64,000 bases of DNA from an uncultured Vampirovibrionales bacterium (lineage in GTDB: Bacteria > Cyanobacteriota > Vampirovibrionia > Vampirovibrionales > Vampirovibrionaceae). The notes beneath the pieces are model-generated. The model was not told where the DNA came from. It saw only the letters and a list, made by a program, of their open reading frames with translations, and searched no databases. The translations under genes were made by a program, and so were the position numbers. The first letter of the stretch is position 1. Each line of letters starts with the position of its first letter. Positions 18,178 through 28,626 of this stretch are shown here, piece after piece. Location: the NCBI GenBank assembly GCA_964390635.1, contig CAYMIG010000006.1, forward strand, positions 108,995-172,994, given 5' to 3'.

Positions 18178-19413
18178 TTAGGCTTGCCTGGCCGCTGGGG
18201 CGGCTTGCAGCTTGGGGTGCGTGCAGGTTTGGCAGAAGTATTGGTTGATGACATCCCGGTAGGTTTGCTCCAGCTGGGCGAACTGGCGGTTGAAGCGGTT
18301 GAGCAGCCTGCGCTTTTCCCCGGCGGGGATGAAGGCGCCCCGCACCCCGTTCAGGCTGAGGGTTTTGACCTGTTCCCAGCAGGTAACCACGTGGTTGGCC
18401 CACAATTGGGCCAGTTGCTGGGTCAGGGTAATTTTGGACATCATGCGGTTGTCGGTGCTCAGGCTGACGTTGACCCGGTTTTGCAGGAACTGGGGCAGCG
18501 GGTGGTTTTCAAAGCCTTGCACGGCGTTAATTTGCACGTTGCTCCAGGGGCAAATTTCCACCGGGATTTTCTTTTTCACGAATTGATCCATTAGTTTGGG
18601 GTCGTTGATGAGTTGCAGGCCATGCCCAATGCGATCTGCGCCCAGCTTGCGGGCGGCCTTGATGGAATCCACCCCGGACATGCCCTGGGAGTTGGGGGTT
18701 TCGCCCGCATGCACGGTCAGCTTCATGCCGTGCCTTTTCACGTAGCGTAGGGCCTCGGCGTGCTTCAGCACGGTATGCTGCCCTTCGCTGCCGGCGAGAT
18801 CGAAGCCCCGGATGAGCGAGCCCGGGCGCTTGGCCAGTTCCACGGCCAGCTTGGCGCTTTCCAGCGATTGCTCCGGCGTGCCGGCCCGCTGGGCCAGCAC
18901 GATGAGACCCACGTTCATGTCAATGCCCCGGGCCTGTCTGGCCCATGCCTGGCCTTCCTTAATGCCGGCCTCAATGGCTTCCACGATGTCTTGCGGGGTG
19001 GCCCCGCCCTTGGAAAGGATGCTGCTGCGGATTTCCAGGTACTGCACGTTCTCGTTGGCGGCCTGCTGCACGATGGCCCGGCTGGCCCGGCGGAAGTGGT
19101 CCGGGGTTTTTACCTGGGCAGGCACCTTGTAATAGGTGGCCAGGAAGTCGTCGAGGTCGTCATAGTAGTTTTTGAGTATGGTCTGGCGGCGGATTTCATC
19201 TTCGGGCATTCCGGACTCCCGCATGAATTGGCGAATCAGGTGAATGGGGGCGCTGCCGGAGAGGTGCATATGCAGCTCCGACTTGGGTACGGCCCGGAAC
19301 AGACTCATGAGTTGCGGATCGACGCGCGGCACATGGCTTTTTTGCCGACCAAACAAGGCCTGCGCCCGGACTACGTTTTGCCCGCCCCATGGCAGGCCAA
19401 TCCCCATCGACAT
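18178..19413 (-). CDS. add: Adenosine deaminase with FG leader
   Basis: PKSELHMHLSGS, DLAGSE, HAGE, RIGHG, EICPWSN, STDN. Confidence 0.9.
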   Translation of the reverse strand: MSMGIGLPWGGQNVVRAQALFGRQKSHVPRVDPQLMSLFRAVPKSELHMHLSGSAPIHLIRQFMRESGMPEDEIRRQTILKNYYDDLDDFLATYYKVPAQVKTPDHFRRASRAIVQQAANENVQYLEIRSSILSKGGATPQDIVEAIEAGIKEGQAWARQARGIDMNVGLIVLAQRAGTPEQSLESAKLAVELAKRPGSLIRGFDLAGSEGQHTVLKHAEALRYVKRHGMKLTVHAGETPNSQGMSGVDSIKAARKLGADRIGHGLQLINDPKLMDQFVKKKIPVEICPWSNVQINAVQGFENHPLPQFLQNRVNVSLSTDNRMMSKITLTQQLAQLWANHVVTCWEQVKTLSLNGVRGAFIPAGEKRRLLNRFNRQFAQLEQTYRDVINQYFCQTCTHPKLQAAPAARQA

Positions 19414-19578
19414 TCTGGATCGTTCCCCCTCGGTTAATCCCTCTGAATAGCGCCACCATACCAAAAAGACGCCCCGGCGGCAAGAAACCCATGCGCGGGG
19501 CGGGACTGGCCCAACCTTGAATAAACAAGGGCTTTGCAATACAATGGCCCTGTTTGTGAGGACAGTCGAGGGGACACC

Positions 19579-20499
19579 ATGCGCCTGAGTGCTTTGATGC
19601 CTGCGCGCCCGCATTTTGGAATGGCGGCGCCCAAACGTTCAGCCGACCTTGAAGGGAAGCTGGCCGGCTACGAGCTGGGCTGGAACCAGTTGATTGCCTG
19701 GGATCGCCAGGCTCATCCCGTGCCCGTGCTGGAAACCGTGCGCCTGCCGCAGCTCATGGCCTCCGCCCGGACGTTCCTGCAACGGCAGGCGGCCAGCGGC
19801 GCCTCTACGCCGGTGCCCTTCATGATCGGCATGGCGGGCGGGACGGCTTCCGGCAAGACCACCATCAAGAATGAATGGCTCAAAATGTTTCCCCGGCAGG
19901 CCAATCGGTTGTTTGGATGGCGTCAGCGCAAGCAGGGGCCTGTTACCGAGGAGATTGAGCTGGATAACTATTACCGGGATATGTCCCGGCAATACAAACA
20001 GCTTGGCGGCGAGCGGTTTTTCCGTGAGACCAACCTGGATATCCCGGATACGGTTTCCCTGAACAAGGCGGCCCGCAACCTGGCCCGCCTTAAAAACGGC
20101 CAGGCCGTGCGTGCTCCCAAGTATGATTTTAGCGACTGCAGCCGCCGTAAGGGGTACGATCTGAAGGTGCCCGCCCCTTTTGTGGTGGCCGAAGGGTTAT
20201 TTACCCTGGTACCGGAGCCGTTGCGCAAGCTGTTTGACCTGAAAGTCTTTGTTTCCGCCGATTACGAAACCCGGGCCACCCGCTGGTGGGCCCGCGCCCC
20301 GGAGCGCAACCTGGACAACGATGCCGGTCGCGCCATGTTTGAGCGCGGCATGGCCGAGCATGAGCGCCATGTGGAGCCCACCAAGGCCCATGCCGACGTG
20401 GTGCTTAACAGCGCCGCGCCGTTGAAGGACATGCGGGACACTTTGCGTCGAATGACCGCCCTGCTGGTCAGGACGTTCACCCCGACAGGTGCGTCCTAA
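19579..20499 (+). CDS. udk: Uridine kinase family protein with long FG leader
   Basis: [48 protein letters not shown]. Confidence 0.8.
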   Translation: MRLSALMPARPHFGMAAPKRSADLEGKLAGYELGWNQLIAWDRQAHPVPVLETVRLPQLMASARTFLQRQAASGASTPVPFMIGMAGGTASGKTTIKNEWLKMFPRQANRLFGWRQRKQGPVTEEIELDNYYRDMSRQYKQLGGERFFRETNLDIPDTVSLNKAARNLARLKNGQAVRAPKYDFSDCSRRKGYDLKVPAPFVVAEGLFTLVPEPLRKLFDLKVFVSADYETRATRWWARAPERNLDNDAGRAMFERGMAEHERHVEPTKAHADVVLNSAAPLKDMRDTLRRMTALLVRTFTPTGAS

Positions 20500-21761
20500 G
20501 CCCGGACGCTGTCGGCGGGAGCGGTCTTGGTGGCCGGGATGACGGCGCCCTTAGGCACCACGGTAATGCCGCCCTCCGATACGTAGAAGCCGCGGGCCTC
20601 GTCTTCCTCTTTGTTGTAGCCGATGCGGGTGTGCGGGGGAATGTCCACCCCCTTGTCGATGATGGCCCTGCGAATCTTGGCGTGGCGGCCCACGTTCACC
20701 CCGTGCATCAAAATGGATTCCTCCACCAGCGAAAAGCTGTTGACCCGGCAGTAGGGCGACAGCACGCAGCGCACCAGGCGCCCCCCGCTGATGATGCAGC
20801 CGTCGGAAACAATCGAGTCGGTGGCAAAACCGCGCCGTTCCTCGTCGTTGAACACGTATTTGGCGGGCGGGGCCTGGTAGGAGTAGGTTTTGAGCGGCCA
20901 ACCCTTGTTGTACAGGTTGAAGACGGGCTTGATTTCCACCAGGTCCATGTTGGCCTCCCAGTAGGCGTCGATGGTGCCCACGTCCCGCCAGTAGCCCCGC
21001 TCTTCCTCGTTCTGGCCGGGCACCGTGTTGGTGGCGAAGTCGTACACAAACACCCGGCGTCCCTTTTCAATCATGTTCAGGATGACGTTTTTGCCGAAGT
21101 CGTGGGCGGAATCTTCTTTTGCGGCGTCCTCAACCAGCTCTTCCACCAGCACGTCGCGGTTAAAGACGTAGTTGCCCATGGAAGCCAGCGCCCAGCCGGG
21201 GCGCCCGGGAATCTCCTTGGGATTTTCCGGCTTTTCCTGCCAGCCGGTCACCCGGAACATGCTGTCCACCTCAATCACCCCGAATTCGCTGGCGTCCTTT
21301 ACCGGCACCGGAATGGCCGCAATGGTCAGGTCGGCGGACTGGCGCTTGTGGTAATCAATCATTTGCCCCACGTCCATGCGGTAAATGTGGTCGCCGCCGA
21401 ACACGCAGACCAAATCAGGCATTTCGTCGTAAATCAGGTTGAGGTTCTGATAGATGGCATCCGCGGTGCCCCGGTACCACTCGCTGCTGATGCGCATTTG
21501 CGCGGGCACCAGCTCCACGTACTGGTTCAGGAAGGGCGGCATGGGCCAGCAGCGGGCAATGTGCTGGTTCAGCGAGTCCGACTTGAACTGGGTGAGCACT
21601 TTAATTTTGTACAACTCGGAGTTGACGAAGTTGTTGATGACGAAATCGATGATGCGGTACTTGCCCCCAAAGGGCACCGCCGGCTTGGCGCGATCAGCCG
21701 TCAGGGGAAACAACCGCGTTCCCTGACCGCCGGCCAGAATCATAACCAACACGTTTCTCAT
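20496..21761 (-). CDS. glgC: Glucose-1-phosphate adenylyltransferase
   Basis: [48 protein letters not shown]. Confidence 0.97.
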   Translation of the reverse strand: MRNVLVMILAGGQGTRLFPLTADRAKPAVPFGGKYRIIDFVINNFVNSELYKIKVLTQFKSDSLNQHIARCWPMPPFLNQYVELVPAQMRISSEWYRGTADAIYQNLNLIYDEMPDLVCVFGGDHIYRMDVGQMIDYHKRQSADLTIAAIPVPVKDASEFGVIEVDSMFRVTGWQEKPENPKEIPGRPGWALASMGNYVFNRDVLVEELVEDAAKEDSAHDFGKNVILNMIEKGRRVFVYDFATNTVPGQNEEERGYWRDVGTIDAYWEANMDLVEIKPVFNLYNKGWPLKTYSYQAPPAKYVFNDEERRGFATDSIVSDGCIISGGRLVRCVLSPYCRVNSFSLVEESILMHGVNVGRHAKIRRAIIDKGVDIPPHTRIGYNKEEDEARGFYVSEGGITVVPKGAVIPATKTAPADSVRA

Positions 21762-21774
21762 AGGGGCCATTGTA
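21762..21774 (-). promoter_or_regulatory. -10 box 7 nt before the glgC ATG (likely leaderless)
   Basis: TACAAT-GGCCCCT-ATG. Confidence 0.5.
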
Positions 21775-21821
21775 ACCCAAAGCCATCCCAGGCTAAAGGC
21801 AAGGGTACGGATGGCTGCGGG

Positions 21822-23276
21822 CTAGCGGGCGAGTCCCTTGCCGGCGTTGACCTCCCCAGCCATCCGATCGATTTCCGCCTGCAAGGCGGCCTGGATTTTT
21901 CCGCTGAGGGCCTGCTCCACCAGGTCGTCGTCGCTTAGGCGGGCAATCTCCTGGCTGGACAGAAACCGGGCCACGTCAATGGGTTCGCCCACCTTGACGT
22001 GCGCGGTCACATGTCGCCAGAACCGGTAAAATGCGGGCTCTTTACCCTGGTTCAGGTCGCGATCAACCTTGAACAGGGTTTCAATCATGCGGTTCGGGTC
22101 GCCACCGTCCAGGTAATCCGCCGGGTACATGCTCAGCTGCATGAGCTGGCCCAGGGTGTCGATGTCTTTTGCCCAGCGCGCGTTTTGGGTTTCGTAAGCC
22201 TGTTTTTGGGCTTTATCCTGCCGTTTCGGCCAGCCGGTTTTGGGAGTGGCGGCCAGGGCGTTGCGGGCATCGCGGCGTTGGCCGCTGACGGCGCCAATCA
22301 ACCGACGGGCCCGGATTTCGGTGGTTCCGGAGCGCACCGTGCCCAGGTATTGCCGCTCCAGGCGCTCCAGCACCTGCTGTTTCAGGCTTTCCAGGCGGAC
22401 GTAGGGATCCCCGTGGGGCTGAACCGCCAGGCCGTATTGCAGTTCCCGCTCCGAGACCATCAGGCCCAGCAGCCGGTGGATACGATCCACGGCGGACATG
22501 TCCGGCGTCAGGGGCGGAACGCTAATGCCCCGGGCCTCCAGGCGCGGGGTAATCAGGCGCTCCAGGGCGTCCATGTGCTCAAGGATGCGGCGGGGCAGGT
22601 CGCCCTGGTTGTCATAGAAGAAAGCCAGCGGCACCACCTGCACGTTTTTGCCGTTGCGCACCACGCTAATGGCCGTGTGGGCGGCCCCGTGCTTCAGCGG
22701 GGTGATCTCCTGGTTGGTCCAGGAGACATGCCCTTCCGGGAAAATCATGAAGGGATACTCCCCGGCCTGCACCACTTGTTTGGCGGTGTTCAGGCTGAGG
22801 GACTTGTCCTTGGCCCCCCGGTTCACCGAGAAGATGCCCAGCCGTTGCAATAGCGAGCCGCTCAGGGTGACGGTCTTGCCAAAGGCCCGGCGCTCAAACA
22901 GTTCGATGGCCCCAATAGCCACAAAGTTCACCTGGGTCTGGCGGGATAGCTCCAGAATGCTCAGCACGTCCAGCAGGTGGGCGTGGTTGGGGGTGACAAT
23001 CACGCTGTCGGGCCCTTTGACCAGGGCCCGCAGCCGGTCGCGATCCGCCCTGGAGATTTTCAGCTCGAAGTCCATGGGCCGGGCGCCCAGCCAGTGGGCC
23101 AGCTGCTTGGCCGTCCACAGCACCGCCCGGTTGGGCTTGGGCGGATAGAAGCGATCCTCGGGGAAGTCCCGGTTGGCGGGATACAGCGCCCCGAATTGCG
23201 GTGCCTGGGTTTGTGCTTGCGGGCGCAGGCCCGACGAATGGATGGTGCCGGCACGTCCGGCGGGAAAATGCAGCAT
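21822..23276 (-). CDS. PlsC-family lysophospholipid acyltransferase with FG leader and long C-terminal region
   Basis: PNHAHLLD, GIFSVNRG, IFPEGHV. Confidence 0.85.
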   Translation of the reverse strand: MLHFPAGRAGTIHSSGLRPQAQTQAPQFGALYPANRDFPEDRFYPPKPNRAVLWTAKQLAHWLGARPMDFELKISRADRDRLRALVKGPDSVIVTPNHAHLLDVLSILELSRQTQVNFVAIGAIELFERRAFGKTVTLSGSLLQRLGIFSVNRGAKDKSLSLNTAKQVVQAGEYPFMIFPEGHVSWTNQEITPLKHGAAHTAISVVRNGKNVQVVPLAFFYDNQGDLPRRILEHMDALERLITPRLEARGISVPPLTPDMSAVDRIHRLLGLMVSERELQYGLAVQPHGDPYVRLESLKQQVLERLERQYLGTVRSGTTEIRARRLIGAVSGQRRDARNALAATPKTGWPKRQDKAQKQAYETQNARWAKDIDTLGQLMQLSMYPADYLDGGDPNRMIETLFKVDRDLNQGKEPAFYRFWRHVTAHVKVGEPIDVARFLSSQEIARLSDDDLVEQALSGKIQAALQAEIDRMAGEVNAGKGLAR

Positions 23277-23359
23277 TCCCCGAAACCCCTTATAACCCCT
23301 TGCGTTGCTTTACCATACACCAAACATGCCCGGCAATCGATTCGTCGGTTCCAACGCGG

Positions 23360-23374
23360 TACAATGGGGGCACC
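23360..23374 (+). promoter_or_regulatory. -10 box 9 nt before the kdsC ATG
   Basis: TACAAT-GGGGGCACC-ATG. Confidence 0.45.
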
Positions 23375-23896
23375 ATGACCAACCTGATTGAACGCGCCGC
23401 CGCCATTCGCCTGGTCGTCCTGGATGTGGACGGCGTGCTGACCGATGGCAAGATTACCTACACCTCGGCGGGGGAGGAGATTAAGGCGTTTAACGTGAAG
23501 GATGGCCTGGGCATTTCATCGGCGGTGCGGGCCGGCTTGCAGCTGGCCATCATTACGGCGCGCGAGTCGGTGATGGTAACCCGTCGGGCCAGCGAGCTGG
23601 GCATCCAGCATGTGATTCAAAACACCCGCACCAAGCTGCCCGCGCTGGAGGCCCTGGTTGCGGAGCTTGGCCTGGCCTGGCATGAAGTGGCCTACGTGGG
23701 GGACGATCTGCCCGATATCCCTTGCATGCAGGCATGCGGCTTGGCTTGCTGCCCTGCGGATGCGGCGCGGGAGGTGCTGGATATGGCCGAGCTGGTTTCA
23801 AACCGCAACGGTGGGGAGGGGGCGCTACGGGAAATCCTGGATTTTGTGCTGGAATCCCGTTCGATTGTTTGTCATAATAAAGTAAATATTTCTTAA
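23375..23896 (+). CDS. kdsC: KDO-8-phosphate phosphatase (HAD IIIA)
   Basis: LDVDGVLTDG, FNVKDGLGI, YVGDDLPD, GGEGALRE. Confidence 0.9.
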   Translation: MTNLIERAAAIRLVVLDVDGVLTDGKITYTSAGEEIKAFNVKDGLGISSAVRAGLQLAIITARESVMVTRRASELGIQHVIQNTRTKLPALEALVAELGLAWHEVAYVGDDLPDIPCMQACGLACCPADAAREVLDMAELVSNRNGGEGALREILDFVLESRSIVCHNKVNIS

Positions 23897-23971
23897 AGTA
23901 ACCTTTAGGGAACAGAGGGGCCGGACGATATTTCCCTTGTGGGTAATATTCGGACGGAAGTGACAACCTAG

Positions 23972-24856
23972 ATGCTTGAACACTTGGGACGTTTCTTCAG
24001 AAATCCCTTCGCCGCGCAGTCGGGCCAACGCCAAGGCTACCGGCTGGATGGCGCGCAGCTGGAGGGCATGCTGCGCCGAATCGGGGATACGCCTGAAGAT
24101 CAGCGTCACCCGTTGCAGATGGCGTTTTATGAAAAGCTGCTGAAAAGCATGGTGTTGCTTCCTGTGCCCGCTGGTACGGATGTGTCTTCCGGGGTGCCGC
24201 TGATGGCGCTGGAGAACGCCCAGGGTGAGCTGGGCGTACCGGTTTTCACCAGCGAGAACACCCTTTCCCAGTGGATGGGCCATACCCCCGAGTTTGATGG
24301 GGAGTACGTGGGCATTCCTTTCCCGGTGCTGTGTGGGCACGTGCTGAAAGCCCGCCTCGATTTCGTGATCCTGAACGTGGCGGGCCCCTATGGCGGGGAA
24401 ATTGGGCAGGCGGAGTTTTCGTACCTGGCCGAAGGTTTGTTGCCTCCTCCCAATCGCAAACCCGGGGAGCTGAAGATAGAACCCGGCGCCGATATGCGCA
24501 TTTCTGCCACCAACAGCCTGTCGGAATTTGTCAGTGACCGGCTGCGGGATGTTTTCAGGCATAACGAGCCGCTGATTGACCATGCCTACGTGTTTGAGGT
24601 GGCCTTTGGCCCGGAATCCCTGAAGCCGGCCATTGCCATCCGCATGCCCGAGGGAGCCGAGCACGAGTGGGAGGTATCGCTGTGGCCCAACATCCAGGCC
24701 GTGCTGCAGGAGATGCTGGATGTCAGCGAGTATGCCAACGTCTTCCTGCTGAACGTCTCGGGCGATCTGGAAGCCACCCTGCGCGGGATGATGCATCCCT
24801 TCTATACCCGCCCACAGGACTATCCCGGCGCCAAACGCGCTGGCAAAGACGTCTGA
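23972..24856 (+). CDS. SseB family protein (N- and C-terminal domains)
   Basis: FYEKLLKS.VLLPV, VPVFTS, VILNVAGPYG; C-terminal SseB_C-like region. Confidence 0.65.
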   Translation: MLEHLGRFFRNPFAAQSGQRQGYRLDGAQLEGMLRRIGDTPEDQRHPLQMAFYEKLLKSMVLLPVPAGTDVSSGVPLMALENAQGELGVPVFTSENTLSQWMGHTPEFDGEYVGIPFPVLCGHVLKARLDFVILNVAGPYGGEIGQAEFSYLAEGLLPPPNRKPGELKIEPGADMRISATNSLSEFVSDRLRDVFRHNEPLIDHAYVFEVAFGPESLKPAIAIRMPEGAEHEWEVSLWPNIQAVLQEMLDVSEYANVFLLNVSGDLEATLRGMMHPFYTRPQDYPGAKRAGKDV

Positions 24857-24886
24857 AACGCCCCGGTTACCGTCGGGGCGTTTGAC

Positions 24887-25402
24887 TTAAGAGGCGGTTT
24901 CCTCGATGCTTTCGATGTGAATGGCGGAGCGCACCCGCTCGGAGCCGGGTTCCGCGGCGGCATTGGCCCATTGGGCACTATTAAAGCGGTTGGCCCGCTT
25001 TTCCAGGCTGTATTTCACCTTCACGCTGCCGTGCTGGCCTTCGTTGACCATGCCAACCAGGCTCTGGATGGTTTCCAGGGCCTGGGTCATAAAGGGGTTG
25101 CTGATGAGCGGGTGGTAAACGCTGGTGCTGAAACCGCCGGTCTTACGCAGTCCATCCGCTTGCAGGGGTTTGAGCAGCTCCGAAAAGCGGGTGAAGTGGT
25201 CTCCGTGGCCGTCATTGCGAAAGATGAACGTGCCTGCGTTGGCCGCCACGAAGTAGGCGGTTTCCGGGTTGGCCTTTCTTAGCTCCTTCAAGGTCTGGAT
25301 GGCCAGCGCCTCGTTAAAATACGACGGATGGCGGTACTCCACAAAGGGCCCGGATTGCTTGTGGCGCTCCAGCCGGTAAATTCCCCCGAATTGCACGTTC
25401 AT
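24887..25402 (-). CDS. Hypothetical protein starting MNVQFGG
   Basis: AGAGGAG SD; no recognisable domain. Confidence 0.7.
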   Translation of the reverse strand: MNVQFGGIYRLERHKQSGPFVEYRHPSYFNEALAIQTLKELRKANPETAYFVAANAGTFIFRNDGHGDHFTRFSELLKPLQADGLRKTGGFSTSVYHPLISNPFMTQALETIQSLVGMVNEGQHGSVKVKYSLEKRANRFNSAQWANAAAEPGSERVRSAIHIESIEETAS

Positions 25403-25547
25403 AATCCCGCTCCTCTGCTGACTTTCAATAAACCCATTGGCCGGATGCGCGACCCGGTGATGAACGCCCACAGTGTAGCGCAAACATGCCCCGGCATGGC
25501 CGGTGGCAGCCGTTTTTGTTACGAACCCCCGGAATTCCGCCGAGCGG

Positions 25548-26468
25548 CTAGGACACCAGCGTGGGTTTGCCGGGCACCAGGGCCTTGTACTCGTCCAGGA
25601 TTTTTTCGATGCGGGCCATCTCGGCGTCGTCGGCGGGCACCATGGGGGCCCGGAAGACCTCTTCCATCATGCCCAGGCGGGCCAGGCAGGTTTTGATGAC
25701 CGTGGGGTTGGGCAGGAAGAAGATTTCCCGTCCCAGGTTCAGTTGCTTCAGGTGCAGCTTCAGGGCCCGCTCTCGATCGCCGGCCTTGGCGGCCTGGATC
25801 ATCTCCCGCAGCAGGTTGCCGGTCAGGTGCGCCAGCACGCTGAAGGTGCCATGCGCGCCGCAGCTGATCATGGGCACGGTCAGGGTGTCGTCCCCGCACC
25901 AGGTGTGCCAGGTATCCGAAGGCAGCTTGGCGGTGATTTCGCTGACCTGGTCCATGTCGGGGTGGCTTTGTTTCACCCCCACGATGTTGGGGCACTGCTC
26001 GTGCAGGGCGGCCATGGTGTCCGGGCTCATCAGCACCACGGAGCGGCTGGGGATGTTGTAGATGACGATCTCGGTGTCCACGGCCTGGGCGATGCGCCGG
26101 AAGTGCTCCATCATGCCGCGCTGGGAGGGCTTGTTGTAGTATGGCACTACCACCAGCAGGCCGTCCAGCCCCAGGGAGGCCATCTTGCGGGCTTCTTCCA
26201 CGCTTTTTTCGGTATTGTTGGAGCCCACGCCGCTGAGGATCTGCACGTTCTTTCCGCGCACGGCGTTTTTCACCACCTTCGCCAGCTCCATCTTTTCGTC
26301 AAAGCTCAGCGTGGGGGCTTCCCCGGTGGTGCCGTTGACGAGAATCCCGTCGCAGCCGTTGTCGGCCAGATAGACGGCCAGCTGCTCGGCCCGCTCAAAG
26401 TCGATGGATTCGTCCCGCTTGAAGGGCGTCACCATCGCGGGGATGAGTTCTGCGGTTAAGTTGGGCAT
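25548..26468 (-). CDS. dapA: 4-hydroxy-tetrahydrodipicolinate synthase
   Basis: AMVTPF, GTTGEAPTL, PYYNKP, YNIPSR, GVKQS. Confidence 0.97.
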   Translation of the reverse strand: MPNLTAELIPAMVTPFKRDESIDFERAEQLAVYLADNGCDGILVNGTTGEAPTLSFDEKMELAKVVKNAVRGKNVQILSGVGSNNTEKSVEEARKMASLGLDGLLVVVPYYNKPSQRGMMEHFRRIAQAVDTEIVIYNIPSRSVVLMSPDTMAALHEQCPNIVGVKQSHPDMDQVSEITAKLPSDTWHTWCGDDTLTVPMISCGAHGTFSVLAHLTGNLLREMIQAAKAGDRERALKLHLKQLNLGREIFFLPNPTVIKTCLARLGMMEEVFRAPMVPADDAEMARIEKILDEYKALVPGKPTLVS

Positions 26469-26496
26469 GGGCGTTACCTCTGTCTGTCACTAAAAC

Positions 26497-27612
26497 CTAG
26501 ACCGGAACCGTTTGGCGCTGGGCCTGGGGCTTGACCCAGCCGTTGCGGGCAATGACTTCCGCCAGGCGCACGGCGTTCAGCGCGGCGCCGATGCGCAGGT
26601 TGTCGGCCACCACCCACAGGTTCAGGCCGCGCTCCGGGTTGGAGGTATCGCGGCGGATGCGGCCCACGTACACCGGGTCCTTGCCGGTGGCTTCCACCGG
26701 GGTGGGAAAGTCTTGCTGGCGCTCCCGCACCACCACGTCCGGCACTTTCTTCAGCACGGCAATGGCTTGCTGGGGGGAGACCGGCTGGCGGAAATCCAGG
26801 GTGGCCGCCTCGCTGTGGCCCACCATCACCGGCACGCGCACTGCGGTGCAGGTCACTTTCAGGTCCGGGCGGTGCAGAATCTTGCGGCTCTCGTTTACCA
26901 CCTTAATCTCTTCCTTGGTATAGCCGTTGGTGGCGTCGTCGCTTTCCACGAACTGGTCAATCTGGGCCACCAGGTTAAAGGCGATGGGCCGGGCAAACAC
27001 CCGGGCCTGGGGCGCCTCGGCCTCCTGCCGGGGGCCGGTGGGCTGGCCGTCCATCATGGCGAACACGTCGCGGGTGGTGTCCAGCAGTTCATCCATGCCC
27101 TCCTTGCCCGCGCCGCTGACCGACTGGTAAGTGCTCACAATGGCCCGCTCCAGCCCGAAGGCTTCGTCCAGGGCCTTGAAGACCGGCATCAGCTGCATGG
27201 TGGAGCAGTTGGGGTTGGCGATAATGCCGTTGTGCCAGGCGCAGTCCTCGTCATTCACCCCGGCCACCACCAGGGGCACCTGGGGATCCATGCGGAAGCA
27301 GCTGGTGTTGTCGATGACCACGCAGCCCCGCTTCACCGCTTCGGGCACCAGCTTTTCGCTGACCGAGCCGCCCGCCGAGGCCAGCACGATGTCCACCCCC
27401 TCGAAGGCTTCCGGGGTGGCCTCTTCTACGGTCAGTTCCTCGCCCATAAAGGTGACGATGGAGCCCGCAGTACGCTTGCTGGCCAGGGGTTTCAGGCGTT
27501 TCACCGGAAAGTTGCGTTCTTCCAGAATCTGCATCAGGTGGGTGCCGACCAGCCCGGTGGCGCCCAACACGGCTACCACGTAGCCATCGGCTTGGGGTTG
27601 AGAGGATGCCAT
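26497..27612 (-). CDS. asd: Aspartate-semialdehyde dehydrogenase
   Basis: GATGLVG, NPNCST, STYQSVSGAG, VRVPV..GHSE, DNLRIGAALN. Confidence 0.97.
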   Translation of the reverse strand: MASSQPQADGYVVAVLGATGLVGTHLMQILEERNFPVKRLKPLASKRTAGSIVTFMGEELTVEEATPEAFEGVDIVLASAGGSVSEKLVPEAVKRGCVVIDNTSCFRMDPQVPLVVAGVNDEDCAWHNGIIANPNCSTMQLMPVFKALDEAFGLERAIVSTYQSVSGAGKEGMDELLDTTRDVFAMMDGQPTGPRQEAEAPQARVFARPIAFNLVAQIDQFVESDDATNGYTKEEIKVVNESRKILHRPDLKVTCTAVRVPVMVGHSEAATLDFRQPVSPQQAIAVLKKVPDVVVRERQQDFPTPVEATGKDPVYVGRIRRDTSNPERGLNLWVVADNLRIGAALNAVRLAEVIARNGWVKPQAQRQTVPV

Positions 27613-27732
27613 ATGTGTAATCTCCTGTGAAACAGCGTAAAACCCGAGATTGAGGGTTTCATTATAACCGAAAGGCCCCTGTTTTCGTACAGTAGCGCAT
27701 TAAACGCATGGGGCCCCGACGGCGCGGGCAAT

Positions 27733-27770
27733 AAAAAACCCCTCTTCTTTTGGAAAAGGGGGTTATTTTT
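27733..27770 (-). terminator. Bidirectional-type terminator
   Basis: AAAAAACCCCTCTT...AAAAGGGGGTTATTTTT. Confidence 0.65.
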
Positions 27771-27837
27771 GTTAGAAAAGTCGTTTGTAGAGATGATTTT
27801 CAGACGCTTATGAAGAGCCTGGGCAGTGGCCCGGCGG

Positions 27838-28284
27838 TTATACCGCCTTGCTGAATTGCAGAACCTTGCTGCTTTGCTCCAGATCGTATGCTTCCAGGGC
27901 CGGCAGCTCTTCGTAGAGCTCGCCCAGGATGAACTCGGCCACCCAGCGGAGACGCGGGCGGGCGGCGTTGCGCACGTAAAATTCCTTGATTTCCTCGACC
28001 GCCGGCTTGCCGATGCGAATCAGCGCCATCGCGCACACGGATTTGACGGTCTTGTTGGCCGACTTCAGCCCCTGCACCAGGTAGGGCACGGCGGGGGTGC
28101 CAATGCGGGTCAGCAGGTTCTCGGCCTTGTTGGCGTTCACCTTGTCGGCGTCTTCCAGCGACTCAATCAGAAACTCAATCAGCTCGTGGAGTGAAACGGT
28201 CTGGTTTTCACGGTTGAAGCTGAAATCCTTGTTCCAGATCAGGTGGAACTTGATGTTGTCGAGACTCAGGGGTGACGATGTCAT
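27838..28284 (-). CDS. HEAT-repeat (PBS lyase-like) protein
   Basis: L.RIG.PAV.YL and ALIRIGKPAV repeats. Confidence 0.7.
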   Translation of the reverse strand: MTSSPLSLDNIKFHLIWNKDFSFNRENQTVSLHELIEFLIESLEDADKVNANKAENLLTRIGTPAVPYLVQGLKSANKTVKSVCAMALIRIGKPAVEEIKEFYVRNAARPRLRWVAEFILGELYEELPALEAYDLEQSSKVLQFSKAV

Positions 28285-28626
28285 TGATCTTAACTCTCCA
28301 CGTCGTCGAGCTGATTTGATTACCTAAACTTATACTTGATTTTTGGAGGGGGGGCAATTTGCCCAATGCGTGCCAGCGTACCCAAAAAGCGCCTGAAAAA
28401 ACATTTTCTTTAACTCGTTTTTTAAGAAAATGATCAGCTTTCGGCCCGGGGTAGGCGAAAATGCATTGATATACGGCGGATTAAGCCTTTTTCGCATGGC
28501 CCCCGATTGTTAAAGATCGCCCGCCGTCTTTATCTTCTCCGCCCAAAAAACTAACCTCTCCTTAATCGATTTTTTAGAGGTTCTTTATATGTTCTTAATC
28601 TGAAAGCCCGTCCATCCACAGGACAA

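Noticed and set aside
16347-19614. Long N-terminal extensions in the ORF track for the GGDEF (to 17399) and adenosine deaminase (to 19614) genes
   Set aside because: They overlap neighbouring genes; downstream ATGs give more plausible starts.
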